From NCBI GenBank assembly GCA_023262945.1, contig JALQXY010000035.1:1-40426 (forward strand): a stretch of 40,426 nt of DNA, given 5' to 3'. The notes under the pieces were generated by a model that saw only the letters and a list, made by a program, of their open reading frames with translations, ran no database searches and was not told the DNA's origin. The translations under genes were made by a program, and so were the position numbers. The first letter of the stretch is position 1, and each line of letters starts with the position of its first letter. This DNA comes from Rickettsiales bacterium. GTDB taxonomy: Bacteria; Pseudomonadota; Alphaproteobacteria; Rickettsiales; UBA1997. Of this stretch, positions 27,970 to 37,273 are shown piece by piece.

Positions 27970-28024
27970 AGGCTGTTGAAATTGTTTTTATTTTAATTTT
28001 TTTTTGCAACAAATTCAACAGCCT
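27970..28024. repeat. long inverted repeat (17-bp arms, 1 mismatch, 21-nt A/T loop) between carD and lolD
   Basis: AGGCTGTTGAAATTGTT (27970-27986) pairs with AACAAATTCAACAGCCT (28008-28024). No T-tract follows, so it is not a classical terminator. I found no second copy in the window. Confidence 0.7.
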
Positions 28025-28083
28025 ATTCTACAATTTGACAAACCCAAATCCGTTAATATAAAGTTAATTTAGAGTAACTTAAC

Positions 28084-28755
28084 ATGACTTACACCTTAGA
28101 ACTTAACAAAATAAATAAAACCTTTAAACAAGAATCGCAAAATGTAGAAGCATTAAAAGACATATCCTTAAAAATAAAAAAAAATGAAATAATTTCTCTT
28201 ATCGGACCTTCTGGGTCAGGTAAAACTACTCTTTTGCAAATAGCTGGCTTATTAGATAAACCAACATCCGGTAGTATATCGATATTAGGCAAAGAAATTA
28301 AAAACAACAAAGATAGCATAAGAACAGAGATAAGAAAAAATAATATTGGTTTTATATATCAATTTCATCATCTATTTCCTGAATTATCAGTTTTAGAAAA
28401 TGTATTACTGCCACTTTACATAAAAGGCTATGATAAAAAGGAATCCATTACAAGAGCTAAAGAAATATTGCAAGAGCTAGAATTATTAGATAGAATAGAC
28501 TTTATGCCATTTCAAATATCTGGCGGACAACAGCAAAGAGTTGCAATAGCTCGAGCCCTGGTTACAAAACCATCGATAATACTAGCTGATGAGCCAACTG
28601 GTAATCTTGATTCAAATTTATCACATAAAATATTTGATCTAATATGTAATCAGGTTAAAAAATATCAATTATCCTGCATTATAGTCACTCATAATGAAAA
28701 GTTAGCAAAAAAAGCTGACAAGGTAAAAACTCTACAAGATGGCACCATTAAATAA
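28084..28755 (+). CDS. lolD: ABC transporter ATP-binding protein, LolD-like
   Basis: 223 aa. Walker [10 protein letters not shown], signature [13 protein letters not shown] and Walker B ILADEPT. The LolD assignment is by size and family resemblance. No lolC/E is adjacent. Confidence 0.7.
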   Translation: MTYTLELNKINKTFKQESQNVEALKDISLKIKKNEIISLIGPSGSGKTTLLQIAGLLDKPTSGSISILGKEIKNNKDSIRTEIRKNNIGFIYQFHHLFPELSVLENVLLPLYIKGYDKKESITRAKEILQELELLDRIDFMPFQISGGQQQRVAIARALVTKPSIILADEPTGNLDSNLSHKIFDLICNQVKKYQLSCIIVTHNEKLAKKADKVKTLQDGTIK

Positions 28756-28793
28756 CACCAAATTCATTTCTTACCTTTTTAAGCAGATGTGGT

Positions 28794-30026
28794 TTAGGTT
28801 AAATCAAGACAAGTAAATCTATTGCGAATAAATTTAGCATAATTTGCGCATTCTATATATTTTATATCATCTAAGCCAAGAGATTGACAATTAGTAGAAA
28901 TATTAAAATGATTAAATATTTGTTTAATTTTTTGCGAACTTAGAAAAAATTTATTTAAATTATCCGTTATATCTTCAATATCATTTTTTGTAATTTTGTT
29001 TAATGATTTAATTCTTTCCAATTTGCAATCATACTCTTCAATACATTCTAATGCAGCCTTATTACCAAAAAAATTGATGATTCTTTTTTGATAATCAGGT
29101 TGTATGCGATTTGTTAATTTTTGATAATATATAAAAAAATTTTGTAGAATTTGCTGCTGTAATTCAACACTATAAATTGTGGTTACAGCTATTATCTGGC
29201 CATGAAGATTTTTCTTAGCAATTTGCGGATATTTCATATCAATAGTATGAGCTATAAGATGTTCGGATTGGCTAGCAGGACTAGAGCTACCGCAAAGCGT
29301 CATACCTATTCCAGAAATTAATAAAATTTCTATAACTTTTTTGCATAATCTTGTATCAGAAATATCAAAATTATTGTAATTATTAACAAAATCAGACATT
29401 TTATCTTTTAGTAATAAAAACATGTCATAATTAAAGTCGTAATTACATAATTTAAAAGCTAAATACCAATCAAAAAAACAACTATAAAAACACATACTAT
29501 CCCCTATCCCCGCTTTAATTAAAGATTTAGGAGCTTTTGCTAATATATTTAAATCACAAAAAACTTTTTCTGGCAATTTGCCACTAATTGTTTTTTTATG
29601 TCCATTTATTTTTATTGAAGAATTTTGTGAAAGATATCCATTCATTGACGCAGCGCTAGCAAAGATAAAAAATGAAATATTTAATTTTATGGCTACAATT
29701 TTACATAAATCATTGATAGTGCCACTACCCAATGCAATAATAAAATCATAATTTCTTGCCTTGTCTAATAATTGATGCAAATAAAACTCGTCAGCAGTTG
29801 CATTATCTAGTAAAAAAACATCTATTTTATAATAATATAATATTTCAGAAAAATACTTTTGGCAATTATGCCAAATATTTTTATCTGAAATAAAGATTGT
29901 TTTTACATTTTTTTTATTATCACAATTATAATCTAAACATTTTTTTATGGAGGATGAAACAAAATAATCATCATCATCTTGACTAATATCAATTAAATCA
30001 AAAAAATCTTTATTTGTTTTTTTCAT
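28794..30026 (-). CDS. DHQS-like / iron-containing alcohol dehydrogenase superfamily protein, closest to AraM-type sn-glycerol-1-phosphate dehydrogenase
   Basis: 410 aa. Nucleotide-binding loop ALGSGTINDLCK. Putative metal ligands in GIGDSMCF, SEHLIAHTIDM and LHGQIIAVTT. The subfamily call is from memory of G1PDH/AraM motifs and has not been searched. Confidence 0.6.
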   Translation of the reverse strand: MKKTNKDFFDLIDISQDDDDYFVSSSIKKCLDYNCDNKKNVKTIFISDKNIWHNCQKYFSEILYYYKIDVFLLDNATADEFYLHQLLDKARNYDFIIALGSGTINDLCKIVAIKLNISFFIFASAASMNGYLSQNSSIKINGHKKTISGKLPEKVFCDLNILAKAPKSLIKAGIGDSMCFYSCFFDWYLAFKLCNYDFNYDMFLLLKDKMSDFVNNYNNFDISDTRLCKKVIEILLISGIGMTLCGSSSPASQSEHLIAHTIDMKYPQIAKKNLHGQIIAVTTIYSVELQQQILQNFFIYYQKLTNRIQPDYQKRIINFFGNKAALECIEEYDCKLERIKSLNKITKNDIEDITDNLNKFFLSSQKIKQIFNHFNISTNCQSLGLDDIKYIECANYAKFIRNRFTCLDLT

Positions 30027-30151
30027 ATTTTTAATTTGTACTTGCTTAGATAAATATTTATCTCAATATAAAATATCTCAATTAAAAAACTTTTGATTTG
30101 CATTTATTGATTTACAAGAGTTCTTTACCGTTAAATTTTACTTGCAAACTT

Positions 30152-30200
30152 ATACCAAATGCTATTTTTTAATTGATTTTTTAAAGATAAGATTTGGCAT
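30152..30200. repeat. degenerate minimal palindromic element (B-type)
   Basis: ATACCAAATGC...TTTAAAGATAAGATTTGGCAT. The right half matches the 1867-1887 arm (TTTAAAGATGAGATTTGCTAT) at 18/21. It lies in the divergent spacer upstream of secG. Confidence 0.6.
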
Positions 30201-30277
30201 TAAATCATATTAAAAACTAGATTTTATCTATGCAAATCTGTTAAATTTCAAAAATAGTATTTTAATATTTTTAACTT

Positions 30278-30616
30278 ATGGATAATATACAAACAATATT
30301 ATTAACATTACAAATTATTGTTGCGGTTATTTTAATAATATTGGTTTTACTGCAAAAATCAGGTAACGATTCTCTTGGTGGTATAGGGGGAGGACCTAGT
30401 AGCTCCGTTGGATCAATAATATCAGGCAGAACTGCGGCAAGCGCTTTGAACAAAATAACTGCGATATTAATATTTATTTTTATATTAAATTGTTTAATTT
30501 TAACTGCAGTTTCGAGAAATAAAAATAACAGCATTAAATCAAAGCTTGATGAAGTTATCAAAGAGCAAGAGTTAAAAGAAAAACAACAAAAAATTAAAGC
30601 CCCTTCTATAGAATAA
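30278..30616 (+). CDS. secG: preprotein translocase subunit SecG
   Basis: 112 aa. Two TM segments flank LLQKSGNDSLGGIGGG, the SecG signature loop. Confidence 0.88.
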   Translation: MDNIQTILLTLQIIVAVILIILVLLQKSGNDSLGGIGGGPSSSVGSIISGRTAASALNKITAILIFIFILNCLILTAVSRNKNNSIKSKLDEVIKEQELKEKQQKIKAPSIE

Positions 30617-30628
30617 AATAAATAAAAT

Positions 30629-31729
30629 ATGAAACAAACTGCCCTTAATAAAGCTCACAAAATTCAAGGCGCTAAAATGGTTGAATTTGCTGGTTATGAC
30701 ATGCCAATTCAATATGAAGAAGGCATGTTAAAAGAACATCAATGGGTTAGAGAAGGAAATGTTGGTATTTTCGATGTTTCACATATGGGTCAATTTATAA
30801 TTGAGGGTGAAAATTGTGCCAAATTTCTATCAACTATTACACCTTCAGATTTTTTACTTAGTAAAGAAAATCTAGCTAAATATACAGTTCTAACCAATAA
30901 GGAAGGTGGAATTATTGATGATTTAATAATTACAAAACTATCTCAGGATAAATTTTTTATTGTTCTTAACGCTGCATGCAAAGAAAAAGATGTTTCTTGG
31001 ATTAACAAAAACTTACCAAGCAATATCAAATTTCAAGAATTAAGTAATAGATCGCTCATTGCAATTCAGGGGGCAAAATCAGAAGAAATCTTATGCAAGC
31101 TAATCAATGAATCTTTACAAGATCTTAACTATATGAACTTACAAAATTGCACTCTTAAAAATAATAATGCTGAAATTTTTGTAAGTCGTACTGGGTATAC
31201 TGGAGAAGATGGCTTTGAAATCAGTATAGATAATAACTCAGCAGAAAAATTCTGGCTAGATTTGTCAAATTTTTCTGAAGTCAAGCCAATAGGTCTTGGT
31301 GCTCGTGATTCACTGCGTTTAGAAATGGGCTACCCCCTTTATGGTCACGATCTCAACGACAATACCACTCCTATTGAAGCTGGCTTGTCATGGGTTGTAG
31401 CCAAAGAAAATAATAGCTTTATTGGTTGCGATAAAATTTTACTTCAAAGAATCAAAGGAACACAAAAAAAACGACTCGGAGTTAAATTACTCGATCGTGG
31501 CGTAATACGCGAAGGATTTAATGTAATAAAAAATAATCAAATTATTGGCAAGTTAACTAGTGGAGGATTTTCGCCGTCGCTAAAAACATCAATTGGCCAA
31601 GGTTATTTTGATTTAAGTCAAGCAAATATTGGTGACGAAGTTTTTGTTGAAATTAGAAACCGTCAAATTCCAGCGCAAATTACTTCACCAACATTCTTAA
31701 AAGCCAAAACAAAATCCATTAAAAAATAA
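30629..31729 (+). CDS. gcvT: glycine cleavage system aminomethyltransferase T
   Basis: 366 aa. Motifs FDVSHMGQF, GYTGEDGFEIS and ARDSLRLE. Confidence 0.95.
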   Translation: MKQTALNKAHKIQGAKMVEFAGYDMPIQYEEGMLKEHQWVREGNVGIFDVSHMGQFIIEGENCAKFLSTITPSDFLLSKENLAKYTVLTNKEGGIIDDLIITKLSQDKFFIVLNAACKEKDVSWINKNLPSNIKFQELSNRSLIAIQGAKSEEILCKLINESLQDLNYMNLQNCTLKNNNAEIFVSRTGYTGEDGFEISIDNNSAEKFWLDLSNFSEVKPIGLGARDSLRLEMGYPLYGHDLNDNTTPIEAGLSWVVAKENNSFIGCDKILLQRIKGTQKKRLGVKLLDRGVIREGFNVIKNNQIIGKLTSGGFSPSLKTSIGQGYFDLSQANIGDEVFVEIRNRQIPAQITSPTFLKAKTKSIKK

Positions 31730-31763
31730 TTCAATCAATATACTCAACTTTAATCACAATATT

Positions 31764-32132
31764 ATGAAATTTACAAAAGATCACGAATGGCTAAAAATAG
31801 AAGGTAATACTGCTACGATAGGTATATCTAAATATGCTGCTGACGCACTAGGAGAATTAGTTTATGTGGAGCTTCCAGAACTAAGTAAATCTTATAGTAA
31901 GGGTGATGCTTTTGCTGTAGTAGAATCATCTAAATCTGCTAGCGATGTCTATATACCGCTATCTGGCGAAATTATAGAAATTAACGAAAAATTAAATAGT
32001 GAACCAGAACTTGTTAATAATTCTCCTCTTGAAGAAGGGTGGATTGCAAAAATAAAAATAAGCGACGATTCTAACTTAAATGAAATGATGGATCAAGATA
32101 ATTACAAAAAGTATCTTGAAGATTTATCTTAG
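31764..32132 (+). CDS. gcvH: glycine cleavage system H protein
   Basis: 122 aa. Lipoyl-lysine motif VVESSKSASDVY and N-terminus KFTKDHEW. Confidence 0.95.
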   Translation: MKFTKDHEWLKIEGNTATIGISKYAADALGELVYVELPELSKSYSKGDAFAVVESSKSASDVYIPLSGEIIEINEKLNSEPELVNNSPLEEGWIAKIKISDDSNLNEMMDQDNYKKYLEDLS

Positions 32133-32205
32133 TAAATTATCTTTTATTATCTATTAATATATTTATTATTTTTTTCATTAATTATTAACTTAAATTATAA
32201 ATAAA

Positions 32206-32808
32206 ATGTCAGTATTAGTTGGAAAACAAGCGCCAAACTTCACTGCTAGTGCAGTTATGGCTGATAATGAAATTAAAGAAAATTTCAATTTAAAAGAATA
32301 TCTTAATGGTAAAATAGGTGTTCTATTTTTCTATCCCCTTGATTTTACTTTTGTTTGCCCATCAGAAATCATCGCTTTTCATAATAGATTATCAGAGTTC
32401 AATAATAGAGATGCTAAAGTTGTAGGAGTTTCAGTCGATTCTCATTTTTCACATTTAGCATGGAAAAACACCGAAATTAATAACGGTGGTATTGGTCAAG
32501 TTAAATATCCTTTAGTAGCTGACTTAACAAAAAACATTGCTCGTGATTATGACGTCTTAATTAACGAATCCGTTGCCCTAAGAGGCACCTTTTTAATTGA
32601 TCAAGATTTTGTAGTAAGGCATCAAGTTATTAATGACTTACCTCTGGGTCGCAATATTGAAGAAGCCATAAGAATGGTTGATTCTCTTAAATTTTTCCAA
32701 GAAAATGGTGAAGTATGTCCAGCAGGATGGAATAAAGGCAAAGAAGGTATGAAAGCTAATTCTAAAGGAGTTGCAAAGTATCTAGCAAATAATGCTGAAT
32801 CATTATAA
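32206..32808 (+). CDS. ahpC: typical 2-Cys peroxiredoxin (AhpC/Tsa family)
   Basis: 200 aa. Peroxidatic Cys in FYPLDFTFVCPSEI and resolving Cys in GEVCPAGW. Confidence 0.93.
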   Translation: MSVLVGKQAPNFTASAVMADNEIKENFNLKEYLNGKIGVLFFYPLDFTFVCPSEIIAFHNRLSEFNNRDAKVVGVSVDSHFSHLAWKNTEINNGGIGQVKYPLVADLTKNIARDYDVLINESVALRGTFLIDQDFVVRHQVINDLPLGRNIEEAIRMVDSLKFFQENGEVCPAGWNKGKEGMKANSKGVAKYLANNAESL

Positions 32809-33022
32809 TACCAAATTTTATCTTTAAAGCAGTTAAAAAAGCGATTAAATTCTTTATATTTTTGACTTAAAATGATTGTCGACTTGATTATTTTATAACT
32901 ATCAAGGTTATCAAAATTGATCAAATCTCCCTTAAACTATTGGGAATACAGCTTTCATTTTTCTTTAATTTTAATCTCAAAAATATTTCGAATTTAATTC
33001 GTTTAAAGATGAACCTCGGTAC
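32808..33022 (+). repeat. palindromic MITE-like element, about 215-bp form with B-type arms, between convergent ahpC and pdhC
   Basis: The left arm ATACCAAATTTTATCTTTAAA starts on the last base of the ahpC stop codon. The right arm TTTAAAGATGAACCTCGGTAC matches its complement at 16/21. It shares an exact 32-nt module with 12131-12162 in inverted orientation. Confidence 0.7.
32979..33001 (-). terminator. candidate intrinsic terminator for pdhC, carried inside the repeat
   Basis: On the minus strand: CGAAT-TAA-ATTCG hairpin followed by AAATATTTTT. The module and orientation relative to the upstream gene are the same as after icd. The stem is weak. Confidence 0.3.
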
Positions 33023-33066
33023 AAAACCCTCACAAACCAAATATAAAATTTGTTATTATGTAATTT

Positions 33067-34356
33067 TTAAATCAACATTAAAACTGGATTTTCAATGTAA
33101 TTGCGCAATTCTTTAAGAAACTCCGCTCCTACAGCCCCATCAACCGATCTATGATCAGAAGATAAGGTAACATTCATCATGCTCGCCGCAACAACCTTTC
33201 CATGCTTTATTACTGGCTTTTCAACTGCTCTGGAAACAGCCAAAATACAGCTTTGCGGAGGATTAACGATAGCTGAAAAATTATCAATGCCAAACATGCC
33301 TAAATTAGATATACTAAACGACCCACCTTGAAATTCTCCTGGCTGCAATTTGCCTTCTCTTGCTTTTTTAGCTAAAGATTTTGTTTCAATAGAAATATCT
33401 TGTAAAGATTTTTGATCAGCATTTTTAATTATTGGCGTAATTAGGCCGCCATCAATAGCAACCGCCATTGAAATATCAATATTGTTATAAATTATGATAG
33501 AGTCTTCGCTCCAGCTTGAATTTGCCTCTGGAACCTTCTTAAGAGAAAGTGCTACAGCTTTAATGATTAAGTCATTAATTGATATTTTGTAAAGTGGCTT
33601 GCCATCCTCACTTGTTTTTGCGGCTGAATTTATCGTTGATCTAAATTCGTTTAATTTAGTAATATCAAGCTCACAAGACAGATAAAAATGAGGAACTGTT
33701 AATTTTGATTCAAGTAATCTTTTGGCAATTACTTTGCGAATATTGCTGTTTTTCACTTGATAAAATTCTTGAGAATTTCTTCTTACTACGCCATTTGCAC
33801 CATTTTGTAAAAAATCTATTACATTATCTTTAACAATTCGACCATTGGGACCCGTGCCTTGCAGTTGATATAAGGACACCCCTTCTTCTTTGGCAATTCT
33901 TTTGGCTAAGGGGCTGGCTTTTATTTTATTTGAATATTTTGGCGTTATTTGATCCTGTTTTATCAATCGCTTAGTGGTTGTATCTAGTTGTTTTTGCGTT
34001 TCTATAGGAGCGCTCTCTGCTAATGATGATGATTTTGGCTGCTCTTCTTCTTTAGGGACTGGCTTTGCATTGTCATTTTCAATTTTATAATTTTCTAAAA
34101 TTGATTTATCTTCATCTTCATTTATAATTAAAGCAATACAACTATTTACAGCAACATTTTCAGTGCCTTCAGCTATTAATATCTTGCCTAAGATTCCTTC
34201 ATCGACCGCTTCAACCTCCATAGTTGCTTTGTCGGTTTCGATTTCTGCAATCACTTCACCGGAAGATATTTTTTCACCCTCTTTTTTTAACCATTTTGCT
34301 AAATTTCCTTCGGTCATTGTTGGTGATAAAGCTGGCATCAAAATTTCAATAGGCAT
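33067..34356 (-). CDS. pdhC: pyruvate dehydrogenase complex E2, dihydrolipoamide acetyltransferase
   Basis: 429 aa. N-terminus [22 protein letters not shown], lipoyl motif [12 protein letters not shown]3-binding domain [14 protein letters not shown] and catalytic DHRSVDG. Confidence 0.92.
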   Translation of the reverse strand: MPIEILMPALSPTMTEGNLAKWLKKEGEKISSGEVIAEIETDKATMEVEAVDEGILGKILIAEGTENVAVNSCIALIINEDEDKSILENYKIENDNAKPVPKEEEQPKSSSLAESAPIETQKQLDTTTKRLIKQDQITPKYSNKIKASPLAKRIAKEEGVSLYQLQGTGPNGRIVKDNVIDFLQNGANGVVRRNSQEFYQVKNSNIRKVIAKRLLESKLTVPHFYLSCELDITKLNEFRSTINSAAKTSEDGKPLYKISINDLIIKAVALSLKKVPEANSSWSEDSIIIYNNIDISMAVAIDGGLITPIIKNADQKSLQDISIETKSLAKKAREGKLQPGEFQGGSFSISNLGMFGIDNFSAIVNPPQSCILAVSRAVEKPVIKHGKVVAASMMNVTLSSDHRSVDGAVGAEFLKELRNYIENPVLMLI

Positions 34357-34421
34357 TTTTATAATTTATTTAATTAAATAATATTTAGAGAAATTAGTAA
34401 AATAGTTTATTATTTTGTAAA

Positions 34422-35411
34422 TCATTTTCTTACATCAAATGAATTTCGCAACCCTTCACCGATAAAAACCAATAAAGTTAAAATAATAGTAATCACAAAA
34501 AATCCCACCATGCCAATCCAGTAGGCGCTAATATTATTTTTACCTTGAGCTAATAATTCTCCCAAAGAGGCTGAACCAACTGGCATTCCTAACCCCAAAA
34601 AATCAAGAGCAGTTAAAGTGGTAATTGAGCCGGCAATTAAAAATGGCAAATTGGCTAAAATTATAGGCATTGCATTTGGCAAAATATGACGAAATATTAT
34701 TTGATAATTTTTTGCCCCTAGAGCCTTTGCCGATCTTACGAAATCAAAATTTCTAAGACGCAAAAATTCTGCTCTTACAAATCCAATCATTGCTATCCAG
34801 CTAAATAATAACATTATAAACAACAAGCTAAAAAATCCAGGCTCAATTATGGAAGACAAAATTATTAACAAAAATAATACTGGCATACTTGACCAAATTT
34901 CTATAAATCTTTGAAGAAAAAGGTCTAAAAGCCCTCCAAAATAACCCTGAATCGCTCCTAAAAATATACCAATTATTGCTGAAAAAAATGATAGAATTAT
35001 ACCAAATATAAGAGATATCCTTAGTCCATAGATGGCTCTTGCTAAAACGTCCCTACCCTGATCGTCAGTGCCCAGCCAATTTCTTGAATCTGGCTTCGAT
35101 GGCGCTGGATCTTTCATAGCTAAATTTATAGTATCGTAAGAAAAGGGAATGAGAGGCATTATTATCCAGCCGTTTTTTTCGATTAGTTTTTTAACAAAAG
35201 GATCTCGATAATCGGCTTTGCTTTTTAATTTGCCTCCAAAGGTGGTTTCGGGGTATGATTTAATAATCGGAAAATAATAATCATCATTATATTTGATTAA
35301 TAGAGGCTTATCATTGGCAAATATTTCAGCAAAAATAGTTAAAATAAAAATAGCCAAAAAAATGATTAGAGAGTAATATCCGCGATGATTTTTCTTGAAT
35401 TTTTGCCACAT
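34422..35411 (-). CDS. yejE: ABC peptide-transporter permease, YejE-like
   Basis: 329 aa. The N-terminus WQKFKKNHRGYYSLIIF..AEIFANDKPLLIKYNDDYYFP..YPETTFGG matches YejE as I recall it. The C-terminal part has the BPD-transporter permease fold. No yejA/B/F is adjacent. Confidence 0.75.
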   Translation of the reverse strand: MWQKFKKNHRGYYSLIIFLAIFILTIFAEIFANDKPLLIKYNDDYYFPIIKSYPETTFGGKLKSKADYRDPFVKKLIEKNGWIIMPLIPFSYDTINLAMKDPAPSKPDSRNWLGTDDQGRDVLARAIYGLRISLIFGIILSFFSAIIGIFLGAIQGYFGGLLDLFLQRFIEIWSSMPVLFLLIILSSIIEPGFFSLLFIMLLFSWIAMIGFVRAEFLRLRNFDFVRSAKALGAKNYQIIFRHILPNAMPIILANLPFLIAGSITTLTALDFLGLGMPVGSASLGELLAQGKNNISAYWIGMVGFFVITIILTLLVFIGEGLRNSFDVRK

Positions 35412-35440
35412 TTAGTTTTATGATAATTAAGAATCTCTGC

Positions 35441-35460
35441 AATTGTCAATTTTGACAATT
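35441..35460. promoter_or_regulatory. candidate operator: 9-bp perfect inverted repeat with 2-bp centre (AATTGTCAA TT TTGACAATT)
   Basis: It sits in the 89-bp divergent spacer between yejE and purH, 41 nt before the purH ATG. By rough estimate, about 0.5 such palindromes per spacer length are expected by chance in the AT-rich intergenic DNA of this window, so support is marginal. Confidence 0.25.
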
Positions 35461-35500
35461 TATGAGAATCTTTTTCAAAACATTTTAATAAATACAAATC

Positions 35501-37033
35501 ATGTCAAATCTGCAAAAAATATCTCGCTGCTTAATTTCAGTTTCTGATAAATCTGGAATTATTGATTTAGCTCAATTTTTGCAAAAAAAAGATATTGAGA
35601 TTATTTCCACCGGTGGAACCAAGCAAATTTTATCTAAGAACAATATCAAAGTCAAAGATATTTCTGAATTTACTAATTTTCCAGAAATTATGGATGGTAG
35701 GCTTAAAACTCTTCATCCCAAGGTTCATGGCGGATTATTATCTGTTGATAACAACGAAGAACATAAAAAACAAGCCAGAGAAAACGATATTCATAAAATT
35801 GATTTATTGATTGTAAATTTATATCCATTTGTAGAAACGGTAGCTAAAACTGAGGATGAATCTTGTATTATTGAAAATATCGATATTGGTGGCCCAGCAA
35901 TGATAAGATCGGCTGCCAAGAATTTTGCCTTTAGAACAGTGATAACCTCGTCAGATCAATATGAAGAGTTAAAAAATCAATTAATTGCCAATGATTATAA
36001 AACCTGCCTCGAATATCGCAAAAATTTAGCCATCGCCGCTTTTAAAATGATTGCCGAGTACGATATAGCAATTGCCAACTGGTTTGATAATCGCAATCTT
36101 AGTCTTAATTTTTCACTAAAACAAAGCCTGCGCTATGGCGAAAATTCGCATCAAAAAGCAAATCTATATCAGATAGGAGATTCTGGAATTGTCGGAGCAA
36201 GGCAAATTCAAGGCAAAGAGTTAAGCTATAACAATATCAATGACGCCGATGGCGCCTATAACTTAATTCTTGAATTTAAAGAGCCTGCTTGCGCAATTAT
36301 AAAACATGCTAACCCTTGCGGAGTGGCAACGTCTAAAGATATTCTAAGCGCTTATAAACAGGCATTATTATGCGATTCTAAAAGTGCTTTTGGTGGCATT
36401 GTTGCTTTAAACGATAAGATTGGCGAAGATTTAGCAATCGAACTTGCTAAAATGTTTTTTGAAGTAATTATTGCTAAAGACATCAGTAAAGAAGCGCAAG
36501 AAATTTTATCGCAAAAAAAGAATTTACGTATTTTAATCGCTGATTTCAAAGAAAATAATCAATCGCAAATAAAATCAGTTTCTGGCGGCATTTTAATACA
36601 AGATTTAGATCAAAAAATAATAACAAAAGATGATCTGCAATTGGTTAGCAACAATTCAATAAATGACAAAGACATTGCTGATTTAATTTTTGCTATGAAG
36701 GTGTGCAAACATGTTAAATCAAATGCTATTGTTGTGTCTCAAAATAACAAGGCAATTGGTATTGGCGCTGGCCAGATGAGTCGAGTTGACGCCTGCAAAA
36801 TAGCTTGCAAAAAAGCGCATGATTTTATTAAAGGCAACGATAGCAAGGAACATTTATTATTGGCCTCAGATGCCTTCTTGCCGTTTGCTGATAATGTTGA
36901 AATTGCTCATAAATATAATATCAAGGCAATTATTGCCCCGCAAGGTTCAATGCGTGATCAAGAGGTAATAGACAAAGCCAATCAATTAGGCATTGCCCTT
37001 TATTTTATAAAAACTCGTCACTTTAGACATTAA
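35501..37033 (+). CDS. purH: bifunctional AICAR transformylase / IMP cyclohydrolase
   Basis: 510 aa. MGS-like N-terminal domain (ALISVSDK-type, ISTGGT). Also has LHPKVHGG, IVNLYPF, IKHANPCG and a C-terminal HFRH. Confidence 0.96.
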   Translation: MSNLQKISRCLISVSDKSGIIDLAQFLQKKDIEIISTGGTKQILSKNNIKVKDISEFTNFPEIMDGRLKTLHPKVHGGLLSVDNNEEHKKQARENDIHKIDLLIVNLYPFVETVAKTEDESCIIENIDIGGPAMIRSAAKNFAFRTVITSSDQYEELKNQLIANDYKTCLEYRKNLAIAAFKMIAEYDIAIANWFDNRNLSLNFSLKQSLRYGENSHQKANLYQIGDSGIVGARQIQGKELSYNNINDADGAYNLILEFKEPACAIIKHANPCGVATSKDILSAYKQALLCDSKSAFGGIVALNDKIGEDLAIELAKMFFEVIIAKDISKEAQEILSQKKNLRILIADFKENNQSQIKSVSGGILIQDLDQKIITKDDLQLVSNNSINDKDIADLIFAMKVCKHVKSNAIVVSQNNKAIGIGAGQMSRVDACKIACKKAHDFIKGNDSKEHLLLASDAFLPFADNVEIAHKYNIKAIIAPQGSMRDQEVIDKANQLGIALYFIKTRHFRH

Positions 37034-37045
37034 TATTTGCAAATT

Positions 37046-37215
37046 ATACCAATTCTCATCTAAAAATGAACAATATGACAAAATATTTTTGAGATAAAAA
37101 TTATAAAAAATGCAAGTCCTATAGGTATAGGGCTTAAGGCTTTTTGCAATTTTTAGCCAAAAAGATAAAGTCAGATTGTTTAGTTTTTATATGTTTTTTA
37201 GTTGGGAATTGGTAT
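37046..37215. repeat. MITE-like element, 170-bp long form (A-type), copy 1
   Basis: Terminal inverted repeats are ATACCAATTCTCATCTAAAAA (37046-37066) and TTTTTAGTTGGGAATTGGTAT (37195-37215). 37046-37185 matches 40286-40426 with 4 substitutions and 1 indel. It has an internal hairpin AAGTCC-TATAGGTATA-GGGCTT. It starts 13 nt after the purH stop. Confidence 0.9.
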
Positions 37216-37273
37216 TACTCAAAAGCTAAAGCTTTCTGCGTCATTTGTGCTGCTATTTTGATTACTGATGAAT

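Noticed and set aside
30048-30063. Perfect 16-bp palindrome AGATAAATATTTATCT upstream of the G1PDH-like gene
   Set aside because: It is composed almost entirely of A/T. By a rough estimate, one to two 8+8 palindromes are expected by chance in the intergenic DNA of this window, so it is not distinguishable from background.
30271-30561. 96-aa minus-strand ORF overlapping secG
   Set aside because: The plus-strand frame carries the SecG signature (LLQKSGNDSLGGIGGG between two TM helices). The antisense frame is a shadow ORF.
30617-30628. Expected glycine riboswitch upstream of gcvT
   Set aside because: Only 12 nt separate the secG stop from the gcvT start, and no glycine-riboswitch-like GGAGAG..CACCG cores are visible in or before secG. 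No room for the element here.
32622-32924. 100-aa minus-strand ORF spanning the ahpC 3' end and the repeat element
   Set aside because: It overlaps the conserved resolving-Cys region of ahpC in antisense and then runs through a dispersed repeat. No motifs.
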